The notes under the pieces were generated by a model. It saw nothing but the letters and a program-made list of their open reading frames with translations. It was not told the origin of the DNA and ran no database searches. From the NCBI GenBank assembly GCA_005882895.1, contig VBBD01000068.1, forward strand, positions 4,626 to 68,625: a stretch of DNA of 64,000 bases, given 5' to 3'. How positions within the stretch are numbered: position 1 is the stretch's first letter; each line of letters begins with the position of its first letter. Positions 1 through 8,604 of this stretch are shown here, piece after piece. Position numbers and translations under genes: made by a program. Origin of the DNA: Candidatus Bathyarchaeota archaeon. Its GTDB lineage: Archaea; Thermoproteota; Bathyarchaeia; 40CM-2-53-6.

Positions 1-848
1 TTGCTTCTTGACTGCAAGTTCGTAACCACAACGATCATGTTTCTCTGCTCTGCGAGCGTGGCTAAGGAACGAATATCTTTGGAGAATAGATCAAATGCTT
101 CCCTCTTTTCTTTGACATCGGGATCGCAGTAGAGAGCAGTAATATCTGATACGATCGCCAGCCTGGCATAACACTGGTCAATTGCCTGCGCGAGCTCATC
201 GGTTATGAGGCTGCTTAGCTGGTGGTGAGTGAAGGCCCTGCTGAGATGGATCCGCAGCTTCATCCTCTCCTGATCCAGCCCGAGATTGAAAGCGTGCCGA
301 GATACGGTGTACGAATCGAACACGTTGCCCCCGTCAACAAACACCACATCACTATCCAGTCCCGGCGGAAGAGGATTGATAGCTCGGACGCAGAAGAGAT
401 GGCTGAGAGCATTAGACGCTTCGCCCTGAAGAGTGACTAGCTCGCCGAAGCGGAGAGCAAGGGTTTCATCAAGCAATCCGACCCCTGCTGCAAGGTCTGA
501 CTGAACATCTCTTAGTAGTATGCTTCCTCTACTCAGTTTAGCCTCGAACAACTCGCCAGGCTCGAACAGCTCCTCCACGTTTTTACAGATCAAATTCGTA
601 AGAAGCCGTTTACCCGGTGGAAGAACTGACCGCTGGACCTTGAGGGTTCTTTCAAGCTCGAAACCGCATCCCGGACAATTGTCCAGGAAGACGAGCTGGA
701 CTTTGCGTGGATTAATGAACAGTTTAGAGAGAACTAGGTTCTCATCGCAGAGGCTGCAACTGTACAGATAGCCTTGAGCACTCGACTGGTCCTGGTCTAG
801 CTGCCAAGTCTTCGGTTTAAGAGGCCCAAGCGTACTCCGACTTCCCAT
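1..848 (-). CDS. RecA/RadA-fold paralog with an N-terminal Cys4 zinc ribbon and a degenerate Walker A. The N-terminal 282 codons are in the window; the 3' end runs off the left edge.
   Basis: This ORF is absent from the supplied track because it is open at the window edge. I hand-translated it from the ATG at complement 846-848: MGSRSTLGPLKPKTWQ.... It has the Cys pairs 'CSLCDEN' and 'CPGCG'. RecA-core-like segments follow: 'GELVTLQGEASNALS' (Walker A position, but no GK[ST]), 'VVFVDGGNVFDSY' and 'MIVVVTNLQSR'. The start lies about 20 nt after the radA stop on the same strand. Confidence 0.6.
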   Translation of the reverse strand, partial: MGSRSTLGPLKPKTWQLDQDQSSAQGYLYSCSLCDENLVLSKLFINPRKVQLVFLDNCPGCGFELERTLKVQRSVLPPGKRLLTNLICKNVEELFEPGELFEAKLSRGSILLRDVQSDLAAGVGLLDETLALRFGELVTLQGEASNALSHLFCVRAINPLPPGLDSDVVFVDGGNVFDSYTVSRHAFNLGLDQERMKLRIHLSRAFTHHQLSSLITDELAQAIDQCYARLAIVSDITALYCDPDVKEKREAFDLFSKDIRSLATLAEQRNMIVVVTNLQSRS

Positions 849-869
849 GTCCGGCTCATTGTAATGGTC

Positions 870-1841
870 CTATTCGTCGCGTTTGTTGCGGGGGACAGCG
901 TCTTCAACGCCTTTTTCTGTGATGCGGAAGTAGGTCTCGGATTCTGGCAGATAGGGCGAGTCTATGACCTTGGCGACTCGTAGTCCCTGACTGGACTTTT
1001 TGAGCATGATGCGATGTGTGGATGCGTGGGCCATGATGTTCCCGCCTGCGGGGCGCATAGGGTCGCCGAAGAAGGCTTGCGGATTGGCCTGCACCTGATT
1101 GGTGACTACGACTGCGAGGTTGAGGGCTTGAGCGATACGGAGGAGCTTGTGGAGATGGCTGTTCAAACGCTGTTGTCGCTCGCTGAGGGACTCTCGACCA
1201 ATATATTCGCCGCGGAAGTGTGAGAGGATGGAGTCGACGACCAGCAGTTTGATGTTTTCTTCCTTGCAGATCTTGAAAGCGTGATCGACAGTCAGTATCT
1301 GATGGTCGCTATTGTAAACGCGACTGTAGATGATGCCATCGAGAATCTTGTCAGCATCCTGCCCGCTAGCCTGGGCCATCTGGAATACTCGTTGGGCCGC
1401 GAAAGTTCCTTCCGTGTCGATGAAGAGGACTTTTCCCTCCAGTCCTCCTTCTGCGGCGGGAAGCTGAGTCTGAATACTCAATTTCATAGAGATCTGCGAT
1501 TTGCCCGCGCCAAATTCGCCGACGAACTCGGTGATAGCCTGAGTCTCAAGTCCACCACCCAACAGGGTGTTGAGGTTGCTCGACCCAAAGCCGAGGCGGA
1601 GCAGAGTCTTACGTCGCTCCCATAACTGTTTGGCAGTGACAAAGTCTGTCTGGATGGTTTCGCGGGCGGCCTTACTGATCTTGTGAGCAACACTGGTTTC
1701 GAGACCAGCTTTCTCGACTAGCTCGCGTATAGGTGCAATTGCGAGGGACGAAATAGAGTCGTAGCCTGCCTCTCGAAGCTTGTTAGCAGTGACGGGTCCG
1801 ACGCCGTCTAGGTCTTGAATATCTAACACTTCAGCGGTCAT
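870..1841 (-). CDS. radA: DNA repair and recombination protein RadA
   Basis: The N-terminal domain has an HhH motif, 'LDGVGPVTANKLREAGY'. Walker A is 'GEFGAGKSQ' and the Walker B strand is 'KLLVVDS', followed by 'AVVVTNQV'. I prefer the internal ATG at 1841 (MTAEVLDIQDL...) to the track start at 1883. Confidence 0.95.
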   Translation of the reverse strand: MTAEVLDIQDLDGVGPVTANKLREAGYDSISSLAIAPIRELVEKAGLETSVAHKISKAARETIQTDFVTAKQLWERRKTLLRLGFGSSNLNTLLGGGLETQAITEFVGEFGAGKSQISMKLSIQTQLPAAEGGLEGKVLFIDTEGTFAAQRVFQMAQASGQDADKILDGIIYSRVYNSDHQILTVDHAFKICKEENIKLLVVDSILSHFRGEYIGRESLSERQQRLNSHLHKLLRIAQALNLAVVVTNQVQANPQAFFGDPMRPAGGNIMAHASTHRIMLKKSSQGLRVAKVIDSPYLPESETYFRITEKGVEDAVPRNKRDE

Positions 1842-1953
1842 GTGAACCTGGTGGCTTAGGCTCCGGGTCCGCTTATCTCTCACAGTGAGGAGTGAAAGTA
1901 ATGCTGTGAGGTGGGAAGGCGATTGGTCCGCAGAACCGTGTGTTCGGACGCTT

Positions 1954-2694
1954 TCAGGATTGTTGAGCAGCCGGAGAGGAGTCCTTCTTCTCCAGTCTAG
2001 ATGACCATTGATTCATAGTCTTAGACAACAACTCCCGGAAGCGCTTCACCGCCGAGGTAAGCCTCAACAGCTCAGGAACATCCCGCGACGTATACGTGGT
2101 TGACGCAGCTGAAACAGGCAAAGACGCGCCCATACCGGTTAACGGCTGATCCATCCGAACCCACCCATGGCCCAGCTCAGACAGTAGAGGTAGCACGCTC
2201 GTATCCGTTTCGCCGGTCAGCTTGTAGAGGCTCGGTTCCCGAACGTCCAACCGGGAAAGCTTACTAGTAAACGAAGCTTCTTTCGAGAACTTGAGATCCG
2301 CCTGGAACGCCCGAGCCAACTGTTCAGTCAACGCTCTCACCTCTAAGAAGCAGTCAGGCAGCATACCTAGAAGGAGGTTCACACGAAGGCTTTGCGACAA
2401 GGGATGAAGAACCCGAACGAGATAGTTTGGAACCGCATGGCGAGAGAAAGTCTCTGAAAGACGACCCAGCCCCATAACCCATGCTAGATGCGACTTGAAA
2501 TCTTCGCGCAGCCCCAACACCTCGCTCCAGGCCTTGCTCCCCTCCCCAGATTGGCAGAAATCCAGGTTTCGAGTCAGCGACATGTTCACTTGGCGAAGAA
2601 CGTCGACGTCTACCGGCGTGACCAATGGGTTGGGCAATGGATCTCCAGCCCTTGAGGGTCGGTCAGGGTGGGAAATAGGCGAAATGTTCCCCAT
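1954..2694 (-). CDS. hypothetical protein
   Basis: This 246-aa ORF has no motif I recognise. The start is uncertain; an internal Met, 'MSLTRNLDF', is possible. Confidence 0.45.
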   Translation of the reverse strand: MGNISPISHPDRPSRAGDPLPNPLVTPVDVDVLRQVNMSLTRNLDFCQSGEGSKAWSEVLGLREDFKSHLAWVMGLGRLSETFSRHAVPNYLVRVLHPLSQSLRVNLLLGMLPDCFLEVRALTEQLARAFQADLKFSKEASFTSKLSRLDVREPSLYKLTGETDTSVLPLLSELGHGWVRMDQPLTGMGASLPVSAASTTYTSRDVPELLRLTSAVKRFRELLSKTMNQWSSRLEKKDSSPAAQQS

Positions 2695-2903
2695 GCACGG
2701 CCATAGTCGTTCATGACGAGTATCTTAAACGAATAGGAGCAAAGGGTCTGAACCAGAGCGGTGGACGCGACAAGAATTAAGAGCGAAGGGTCTTTCCCAC
2801 AACGAATCCCATAGCAGCTATCAAGCACTTGGCATGTTCAATCTCCGAACAGACCTGTTCGGCCTAGGAACCCTGTTAAGCTGACGACAATTGATCTTGT
2901 GAT

Positions 2904-3854
2904 GTGAAGGCAGCACTATCAATTAGCGAGAGGGACGTCAGTCAGACGCTGACTATCCAGAAGTCCATCCAGCTTGCCCGTCAAGCTTATGTCAAACGCG
3001 CCAGGGGACGGGTTCTCGAACCACTCCGAACATGGTTCACGGTTCCAGGCGGCGCTTCTTTCTATTTCATGCCCGCTCATGTGCTTGGCCTTCGAACGGT
3101 ATCCGCGAAAGTAGTTAGCGTGAATCCTCGAAACCGCAACGGTTCTCTCCCCTCCACCTCAACCTCGATCTCTGTCTTCGATTCAAAGACCGGATCGGAA
3201 CTGGCTCGAATTGCCGGGGACAGCTTGACCGGGATTAGAACCGCGGCCAGCTCCGCATTGGCTACGGACAGTTTAGCCCTCAAGGAGCTAGATACCCTAG
3301 GAATCATCGGAACCGGAAAACAGGCGCAAGCTCACGTCCCAGCGATAATGGAAGTAAGAAATGTCTCGCGGGTCCTAGTTTATTCTCGATCAAAGGCCCA
3401 TCGGGCTGCGTTCGTTCGAAGCGCTTCCAAGAACATTAGCGTTCCTGTTACTACAGCCGCTTCCACCGAAGAGGTAGCTCGAAGATCCGACGCTCTCGTC
3501 TTGGCTACCAGCTCCCGTGTCCCTCTCTTCAACGGCAGTATTGTTCCGCTTGGGACACATGTGAACGCCATTGGATCTGCTCTTCCAAACTCACGAGAGA
3601 TAGACACAACTCTCGTGGAAAGATCTATCCTTGTTGTAGATTCAATGGAGCAGGCTGTCGCGACCTATGGAGACGTTATGATCCCACTCGAGGAGAAAGC
3701 GATTACGAGATCACACATCAGGGCGGAGCTGGGCGAATTGCTCCTCAACCCCAGCATTATAGATAGAGATAGGAACGACATTACAATCTTCAAAGCTGGA
3801 GGGCTAGGTGTCCTGGACGCGGTCTTCGCGGACTATATTGTCTCCCAGTTCTGA
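2904..3854 (+). CDS. ornithine cyclodeaminase / mu-crystallin family NAD(P)-dependent enzyme (archaeal alanine dehydrogenase-like)
   Basis: The central Rossmann motif 'LGIIGTGKQAQAHV' and the family-typical ~316 aa length and layout ('VNAIGS', 'IFKAGGLGVLD') fit this family. Confidence 0.8.
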   Translation: MKAALSISERDVSQTLTIQKSIQLARQAYVKRARGRVLEPLRTWFTVPGGASFYFMPAHVLGLRTVSAKVVSVNPRNRNGSLPSTSTSISVFDSKTGSELARIAGDSLTGIRTAASSALATDSLALKELDTLGIIGTGKQAQAHVPAIMEVRNVSRVLVYSRSKAHRAAFVRSASKNISVPVTTAASTEEVARRSDALVLATSSRVPLFNGSIVPLGTHVNAIGSALPNSREIDTTLVERSILVVDSMEQAVATYGDVMIPLEEKAITRSHIRAELGELLLNPSIIDRDRNDITIFKAGGLGVLDAVFADYIVSQF

Positions 3855-4002
3855 TCATTCTCGGGCAACTCGAATCTCGGTCGAACCTACGAAGGTGGAC
3901 TTCCTGAATTGCGTGTCACATTCGGCATAGTCCACATTGCCGAAAATTGTAGGTAGGCATGAAATATTAGAGACTTCCGAAATGGCTGAAAAACAGAACC
4001 AA

Positions 4003-4009
4003 TTTAATA
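4003..4009 (+). promoter_or_regulatory. TATA-box-like element upstream of tRNA-Ala
   Basis: The heptamer 'TTTAATA' lies about 28-34 nt upstream of tRNA position 1 (4037). The same heptamer precedes the aIF-1A gene. Confidence 0.5.
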
Positions 4010-4036
4010 GTGGGTCTTAGGTTTCGCGGTCTTCGT

Positions 4037-4179
4037 GGGCCGGTAGATCAGCCTGGTACACAGCGCGTCAAGGGCTGGCCGAAGATCGCCCGCTTGGCAG
4101 GTCGTCTTCGACCCTGAATGCGGGAAGGCACTAGCACTGCTCCGTAGGGCCGCGGGTTCAAATCCCGCCCGGTCCACCA
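4037..4179 (+). tRNA. tRNA-Ala(GGC) with three putative introns (D-loop, canonical 37/38, variable region); CCA is encoded
   Basis: I folded this by hand.
- Acceptor stem: GGGCCGG/CCGGTCC, including the G3:U70 Ala identity pair.
- D-stem: GATC...GATC, split by about 25 nt.
- Anticodon arm: CCCGC-TTGGCA-[~19 nt]-T-GCGGG, giving anticodon GGC.
- T-arm: GCGGG-TTCAAAT-CCCGC, preceded by an insert of about 22 nt.
- 3' end: discriminator A followed by CCA. Confidence 0.9.
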
Positions 4180-4241
4180 CGAACAAGTCTTGGCGCGCAA
4201 GGTTCGAGTAGCCCCCGGGGGGCCGCAAAATTCGCTGTTAC

Positions 4242-4412
4242 GGGGTTTCGCGAGGCGGTCTTCCAAAAGAGCGGTTTCAAGAAATGGTTTTCGAATGGGC
4301 TATTTCAGAAACCTGTTTTCAAGAGACCGGATTTTCGGTAAGCGATTTCCAAGAAGGCGATTTCGAAAACGCGATTCCAAGAATCGGATTCCGAGAACTG
4401 GTTTTCCTGATG
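4242..4412. repeat. Degenerate tandem array of about 12-13 units with a 13-15 bp period; each unit contains TTC-N(2-4)-GAA
   Basis: Units read by eye include ggtcttccaaaagag, cggtttcaagaaat, ggttttcgaatgg, gctatttcagaaac, ctgttttcaagagac, cggattttcggtaag, cgatttccaagaag, gcgatttcgaaaac, gcgattccaagaat, cggattccgagaac and tggttttcctgatg. The period is not a multiple of 3, so the array is unlikely to be coding. Confidence 0.75.
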
Positions 4413-4577
4413 CCGGTCGGAATGGACAGGTTCTACCTTTTTCTGAGCGACCGATCCATGGCTCTCGGCCAATAGATCGTACAAGGTACTCACCCTAGTG
4501 CTGCCCTGTCCAACGAACAGACGTAGTTGGTCTTATAGGTGCACGCAAAACGAAGATAGGGCATTCGGGAGTATCCT

Positions 4578-5990
4578 TTGCCAAGTCGACAGCGCTCTTG
4601 GTTTGAGACGATCAACCCGGCCACGGGCAAGACGCTCAAACGTTACAAATCATCGACGAAAGGGGATGTTGACAAAGCAGTTGCGAAGGCAAGAAAGGCG
4701 TTTGAGAAATGGCGCCAACTCTCGCCCGCTAAACGGGCAATCTATCTAGAAAGAACAGCAAAGACGCTCCGGGCGCAGAAAGAGAAGCTGGCTCGAATAA
4801 TCACCCAAGAAATGGGGAAACCGATCAAAGAGTCGCTTCCGGAAGTTGCAAAATGCGCATGGGCCCTAGAATACTACTCGGAGAACGGCCCGAAGTTTCT
4901 GAACCCAGAGGCAACAAAAACGGATGCGACAGACAGCTATGTAGCCTTCGAACCAATGGGCGTCATCGGCTCCATCATGCCATGGAACTTTCCATTATGG
5001 CAATGCATCCGGTTCGCAGCACCCGCTTTGATGGTCGGCAACACAACCGTCTTCAAACCCTCCAGCATAACACCCCAGTCAGGATTGGCCCTCCAGAACG
5101 CTTTCGAATCAACTGGAACCATCCCCGGATGCTTCAACATCATTCTCGGAAGCGCTCAAGTAGCCAACTACCTGATCGAAGCCAATACCGTAGCCATCTC
5201 ATTCACGGGCAGCGTAAACGCGGGACGAACGGTCGCTCAATCGGCGAGCGGTCAGCTGAAGAAATTCGTTCTAGAGCTGGGAGGCAGCGACCCCTTCATA
5301 GTTCTTGAAGACGCGGACATTGAGGCAGCCTCAACAGGCGCAGTTGCAGGCCGTTTCATTAACAACGGCCAAAGCTGCATCGCCACCAAGAGGATCTTTG
5401 TTGTTAAGCGAGTTCTAGACGAGTTCTTGGAAAAATTTGTGAAGAAGACGAAATCTTTGAGAGTCGGAGATCCTCTTAGCCCGGAGACAGATATCGGACC
5501 GATGGTCAGAGAAGAAGCGCTCAAGACGCTAGACGCACAGGTCCAAGAAGCAATAACACATGGGGCCCATTTGGAGCTTGGTGGCGAGAGATTGAAGCGG
5601 AAAGGCTCATTTTACTCTCCAACCATCCTTACAAACATAACACCGGAAATGAGGATCATGAAGGAAGAGACGTTCGGACCGGCCGCACCTGTCATGGCCG
5701 TCAAAGATGAAAACGAGGCGATAAGACTTGCCAACAAGAGCGAATTCGGGCTGGGAGCAACCGTTTGGGGAACGGACACGAGAAGGGCAGAAAAAGTCGC
5801 GCGAGAGATCTCAGCGGGACTGGTAACAATTAACAATGTTGTCGTCTCAGACCCCCGCATGCCCTTCGGCGGAGTTCGACACAGTGGAATCGGTCGGGAA
5901 CTCTCAAGATACGGAATGCTAGAATTCACGAACATAAAATCTGTCCGAATATACGAAAAATCGCCGCTAGCTCACGCCCACGTAGAATGA
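4578..5990 (+). CDS. NAD(P)+-dependent aldehyde dehydrogenase (succinate-semialdehyde dehydrogenase-like)
   Basis: ALDH signatures are present: 'FTGSVNAGR', the catalytic Glu in 'LELGGSDP', the catalytic Cys in 'NNGQSCIATKR', and 'EETFGP'. The start codon is TTG. Confidence 0.9.
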   Translation: MPSRQRSWFETINPATGKTLKRYKSSTKGDVDKAVAKARKAFEKWRQLSPAKRAIYLERTAKTLRAQKEKLARIITQEMGKPIKESLPEVAKCAWALEYYSENGPKFLNPEATKTDATDSYVAFEPMGVIGSIMPWNFPLWQCIRFAAPALMVGNTTVFKPSSITPQSGLALQNAFESTGTIPGCFNIILGSAQVANYLIEANTVAISFTGSVNAGRTVAQSASGQLKKFVLELGGSDPFIVLEDADIEAASTGAVAGRFINNGQSCIATKRIFVVKRVLDEFLEKFVKKTKSLRVGDPLSPETDIGPMVREEALKTLDAQVQEAITHGAHLELGGERLKRKGSFYSPTILTNITPEMRIMKEETFGPAAPVMAVKDENEAIRLANKSEFGLGATVWGTDTRRAEKVAREISAGLVTINNVVVSDPRMPFGGVRHSGIGRELSRYGMLEFTNIKSVRIYEKSPLAHAHVE

Positions 5991-7129
5991 TAACCATCTG
6001 GCGATATTTCTTGGGAGGCAGAACCACCCTTCTCTACTCCGAGAGATTTCTGGACTACAACCTCGGACCCTCTCACCCTCTCCGTCCAGTGAGAGTCAAG
6101 CTGACCCATGACCTGATCCTGTCGAAAGGATTACTCAAGGAAGACGAGATCATGATTACCGTGCCACGAGTCGCATCTGAAGAAGAAATTCTTCTCTTTC
6201 ACGAGAAGGAGTATGTTCGGTTGGTTCAAATGTATAGCGAGAGGGGCTCAGGGCTCTTGGACGCAGGGGATACTCCCGCTTTCAAAGGATGCTTCGAAGC
6301 CACCAGTCTGGTCGTAGGTGCTTCTCTAGAAGCCTGCGATAACATAATGGGCGGAAAATTTACTCACGCCTTTAATCCTTCTGGGGGACTGCACCACGCA
6401 CATCCTGAACGCGCTTCAGGGTTCTGCATATTCAACGATCCCGCAATCAGTGTCAATTACCTGAAGACGAAATACAAGATCAGACGACTGGTCTACATGG
6501 ACATCGATGCGCATCATGGAGACGGTGTCATGTACGGGTATTACAACGATCCATCACTATTGGATATCGATTTCCACGAGAACGGCAAATACATCTTCCC
6601 CGGAACTGGGTTCCCCGATGAGACCGGAGAGAAGGAGGCGAAGGGCCTCAAGCTAAACATCCCACTTCTCCCTGGCACAGGGGACGAGGCCTATCTGAAG
6701 GCGTTTCACAAGCTTATCCCAGATATTGTAAGAAAATTCCGACCCGAGATTATTCTCGTCCAGTGTGGCGCAGATGGCCACGCGAACGACCGTCTCGCCC
6801 ATCTTCGAATGACTACAAACACATACGAGGAAGTTGTTTCTGAGATGCATAACCTCGCGCACGAGCTTTGTGAAGGCCGATTCCTACTATTCGGCGGAGG
6901 AGGGTATACCATTGCCAACGTCCCGAGGGTCTGGACCGTCGCCCTCGCAACTCTTGCGGGAAAAACGCTGGATAACGAGATTCCTGAACGCTGGTCCAGA
7001 GAGTTCAGAGAGCTCACAGGAGAGGATCCTCCGAACGCATTACGCGATAGGCTTACGAACGACGATTCGAAGACGATTAGCGAAGTGGATAATGTGTTGG
7101 AGGAGCTGGCAGGCTACCTCGCAAAGTAG
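5987..7129 (+). CDS. histone deacetylase / acetoin-utilization AcuC / acetylpolyamine amidohydrolase family protein
   Basis: The motifs 'GGLHHAHPERASGFCIFND', 'DIDAHHGDG' and 'QCGADGHANDRL' are present. The ATG overlaps the stop of the upstream ALDH gene (ATGA). Confidence 0.9.
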   Translation: MITIWRYFLGGRTTLLYSERFLDYNLGPSHPLRPVRVKLTHDLILSKGLLKEDEIMITVPRVASEEEILLFHEKEYVRLVQMYSERGSGLLDAGDTPAFKGCFEATSLVVGASLEACDNIMGGKFTHAFNPSGGLHHAHPERASGFCIFNDPAISVNYLKTKYKIRRLVYMDIDAHHGDGVMYGYYNDPSLLDIDFHENGKYIFPGTGFPDETGEKEAKGLKLNIPLLPGTGDEAYLKAFHKLIPDIVRKFRPEIILVQCGADGHANDRLAHLRMTTNTYEEVVSEMHNLAHELCEGRFLLFGGGGYTIANVPRVWTVALATLAGKTLDNEIPERWSREFRELTGEDPPNALRDRLTNDDSKTISEVDNVLEELAGYLAK

Positions 7130-7189
7130 CGCCCTGATAGTGCAACGTTTATCTTTCAAGGCCTGGAGCGCTCGCGGCAAGGACCTTAG

Positions 7190-7381
7190 ATGGGTAGCAA
7201 AGGAACCACATCGCTAGGCAAGATGGGTGGAAAGGGTACACACATCAGATGCAGGAGATGTGGCCGACACTCGTACCATGTTCGCAAGAAACGTTGCGCA
7301 GCCTGCGGCTTCGGAGAGATTACGACGCTGCGACGCTACTCATGGCAGAACAAGAAGATCAATCGAACACGAATAGTGTAA
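7190..7381 (+). CDS. rpl37e: 50S ribosomal protein L37e
   Basis: '[28 protein letters not shown]' is the C4 zinc ribbon typical of L37e, and the 63-aa length fits. Confidence 0.95.
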   Translation: MGSKGTTSLGKMGGKGTHIRCRRCGRHSYHVRKKRCAACGFGEITTLRRYSWQNKKINRTRIV

Positions 7382-7449
7382 AAATCCACAGTTTTAGCTC
7401 TACTCCTCGTTTGGACATTCCAATCTTCGGGTCGAATTGACTGGAGAAG

Positions 7450-7623
7450 TTGCCTTTGGTCGAAGTTAGGTGTCCGCGTTGCAACCGCCCGATGCACTGG
7501 AACGGCAGACTGAAGATATTCATCTGCGACACAGACGGATTCATCTTAGGTCCTAACGACCCGTATGTGAAACGCTTGGAGTACGAGATCAGCCAGAATC
7601 TCCCGCACTCTTCAAGTCACTGA
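7450..7623 (+). CDS. small hypothetical protein (57 aa) with a CxxC motif
   Basis: This ORF is below the track cutoff. My hand translation from TTG is LPLVEVRCPRCNRPMHWNGRLKIFICDTDGFILGPNDPYVKRLEYEISQNLPHSSSH. The start codon is uncertain. Confidence 0.3.
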   Translation: MPLVEVRCPRCNRPMHWNGRLKIFICDTDGFILGPNDPYVKRLEYEISQNLPHSSSH

Positions 7624-7649
7624 GGACACATTTGGCTCGTGTGTAAGAG

Positions 7650-7748
7650 TGGGCTCGGCAGGATTCGAACCTGCGACCTTCGCCGTGTCAGGGCGACGTC
7701 CTAACCAGGCTTCGCCGACGCGTCAACGGCGTCTTAGACGACGAGCCC
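7650..7748 (-). tRNA. tRNA-Val(GAC) with one D-loop intron (about 23 nt)
   Basis: The reverse complement has acceptor GGGCTCG/CGAGCCC. The anticodon arm is TCGCC-CTGACAC-GGCGA and the T-arm is GCAGG-TTCGAAT-CCTGC. The D-arm, GTCT...GGAC, is interrupted by 'AGACGCCGTTGACGCGTCGGCGA'. CCA is not encoded. Confidence 0.9.
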
Positions 7749-7845
7749 CGGAGGGCTTGGCCGAACGCTGATAGCGTATCAAGCTTTTCCCACAGCCATA
7801 TTCGAGCGAGTTATCGAGAGTAGTTATACAGCTTATACCAGTTCC

Positions 7846-8487
7846 ATGGAAAGCACCCTGTTTCATGATGAAAAAATTCAGCGCTCGGGACTTGCGATCT
7901 CCCTTCTGGCACTAGTGCCCGCCGCCGTGAGCTTACCTGTCCACGCCCAGCCGACTGTAAACACGCGCGCCGATAAGTCAGCCTACGCACCCGGCGACTC
8001 AGGGACCATGACAATCTCAATAATCAATACTATTGGAAACCCGCTGCTGGTTCGCAACATCACAATATACTATCCATGGGCCGGTTACGATACCAACGGA
8101 AAATGGTTCACCGCTAATTACACCTACCCTGTTTCTCCACCCGCGGCCTTAGCCACCAAAGGAGCCAACAATTACTCCTACACAACACAAACGTTCAACA
8201 TTCCGACCTGGTGGGGAATCAGCAGCCGATCACAGTTTGGCTGCCCGGGGAACACGAACACGAAATTCGGTTTGTACTCTGGCTGCGTCCTTCTCGGAAC
8301 GAACTCTACAACACGTTATGAGGGCTTCGATTTTGGAATAGCCATGGCACTAGCGGTTTACAATCCATCGACTCTGTCAGCTATTCAGGAGTGGATACCA
8401 GTTGCAACTCTCATCGTTCTTGTGATCGCGACAGCCATCCTGGCCATGGTCATGATGAGGCTCGGCAATCTTTCAAAGAAACCGTAG
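7846..8487 (+). CDS. secreted / cell-surface hypothetical protein with a C-terminal membrane anchor
   Basis: It has an N-terminal hydrophobic signal-like segment ('GLAISLLALVPAAVSLPVHA') and several N-x-S/T sequons. A C-terminal TM segment, 'VATLIVLVIATAILAMVMM', is followed by a basic tail. Confidence 0.6.
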   Translation: MESTLFHDEKIQRSGLAISLLALVPAAVSLPVHAQPTVNTRADKSAYAPGDSGTMTISIINTIGNPLLVRNITIYYPWAGYDTNGKWFTANYTYPVSPPAALATKGANNYSYTTQTFNIPTWWGISSRSQFGCPGNTNTKFGLYSGCVLLGTNSTTRYEGFDFGIAMALAVYNPSTLSAIQEWIPVATLIVLVIATAILAMVMMRLGNLSKKP

Positions 8488-8604
8488 ACCTAGCGCTTTC
8501 TCTCTTTCTCTTCCCATCTTCTCTTCTTTTTTTCGTGCCTAGAAAATTCTCCGTTGTTCTCAGTGTGGGAAGGCATTTTACCGAAGAGCTTGTGGGCTCC
8601 TGCT

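Noticed and set aside
4190-4498. 102-aa, 63-aa and 62-aa ORFs over the repeat region downstream of tRNA-Ala
   Set aside because: The underlying DNA has a 13-15 bp periodicity, which is not a multiple of 3. The translations are Arg/Phe-rich repeats of changing phase, so the signal is at the DNA level and not coding.
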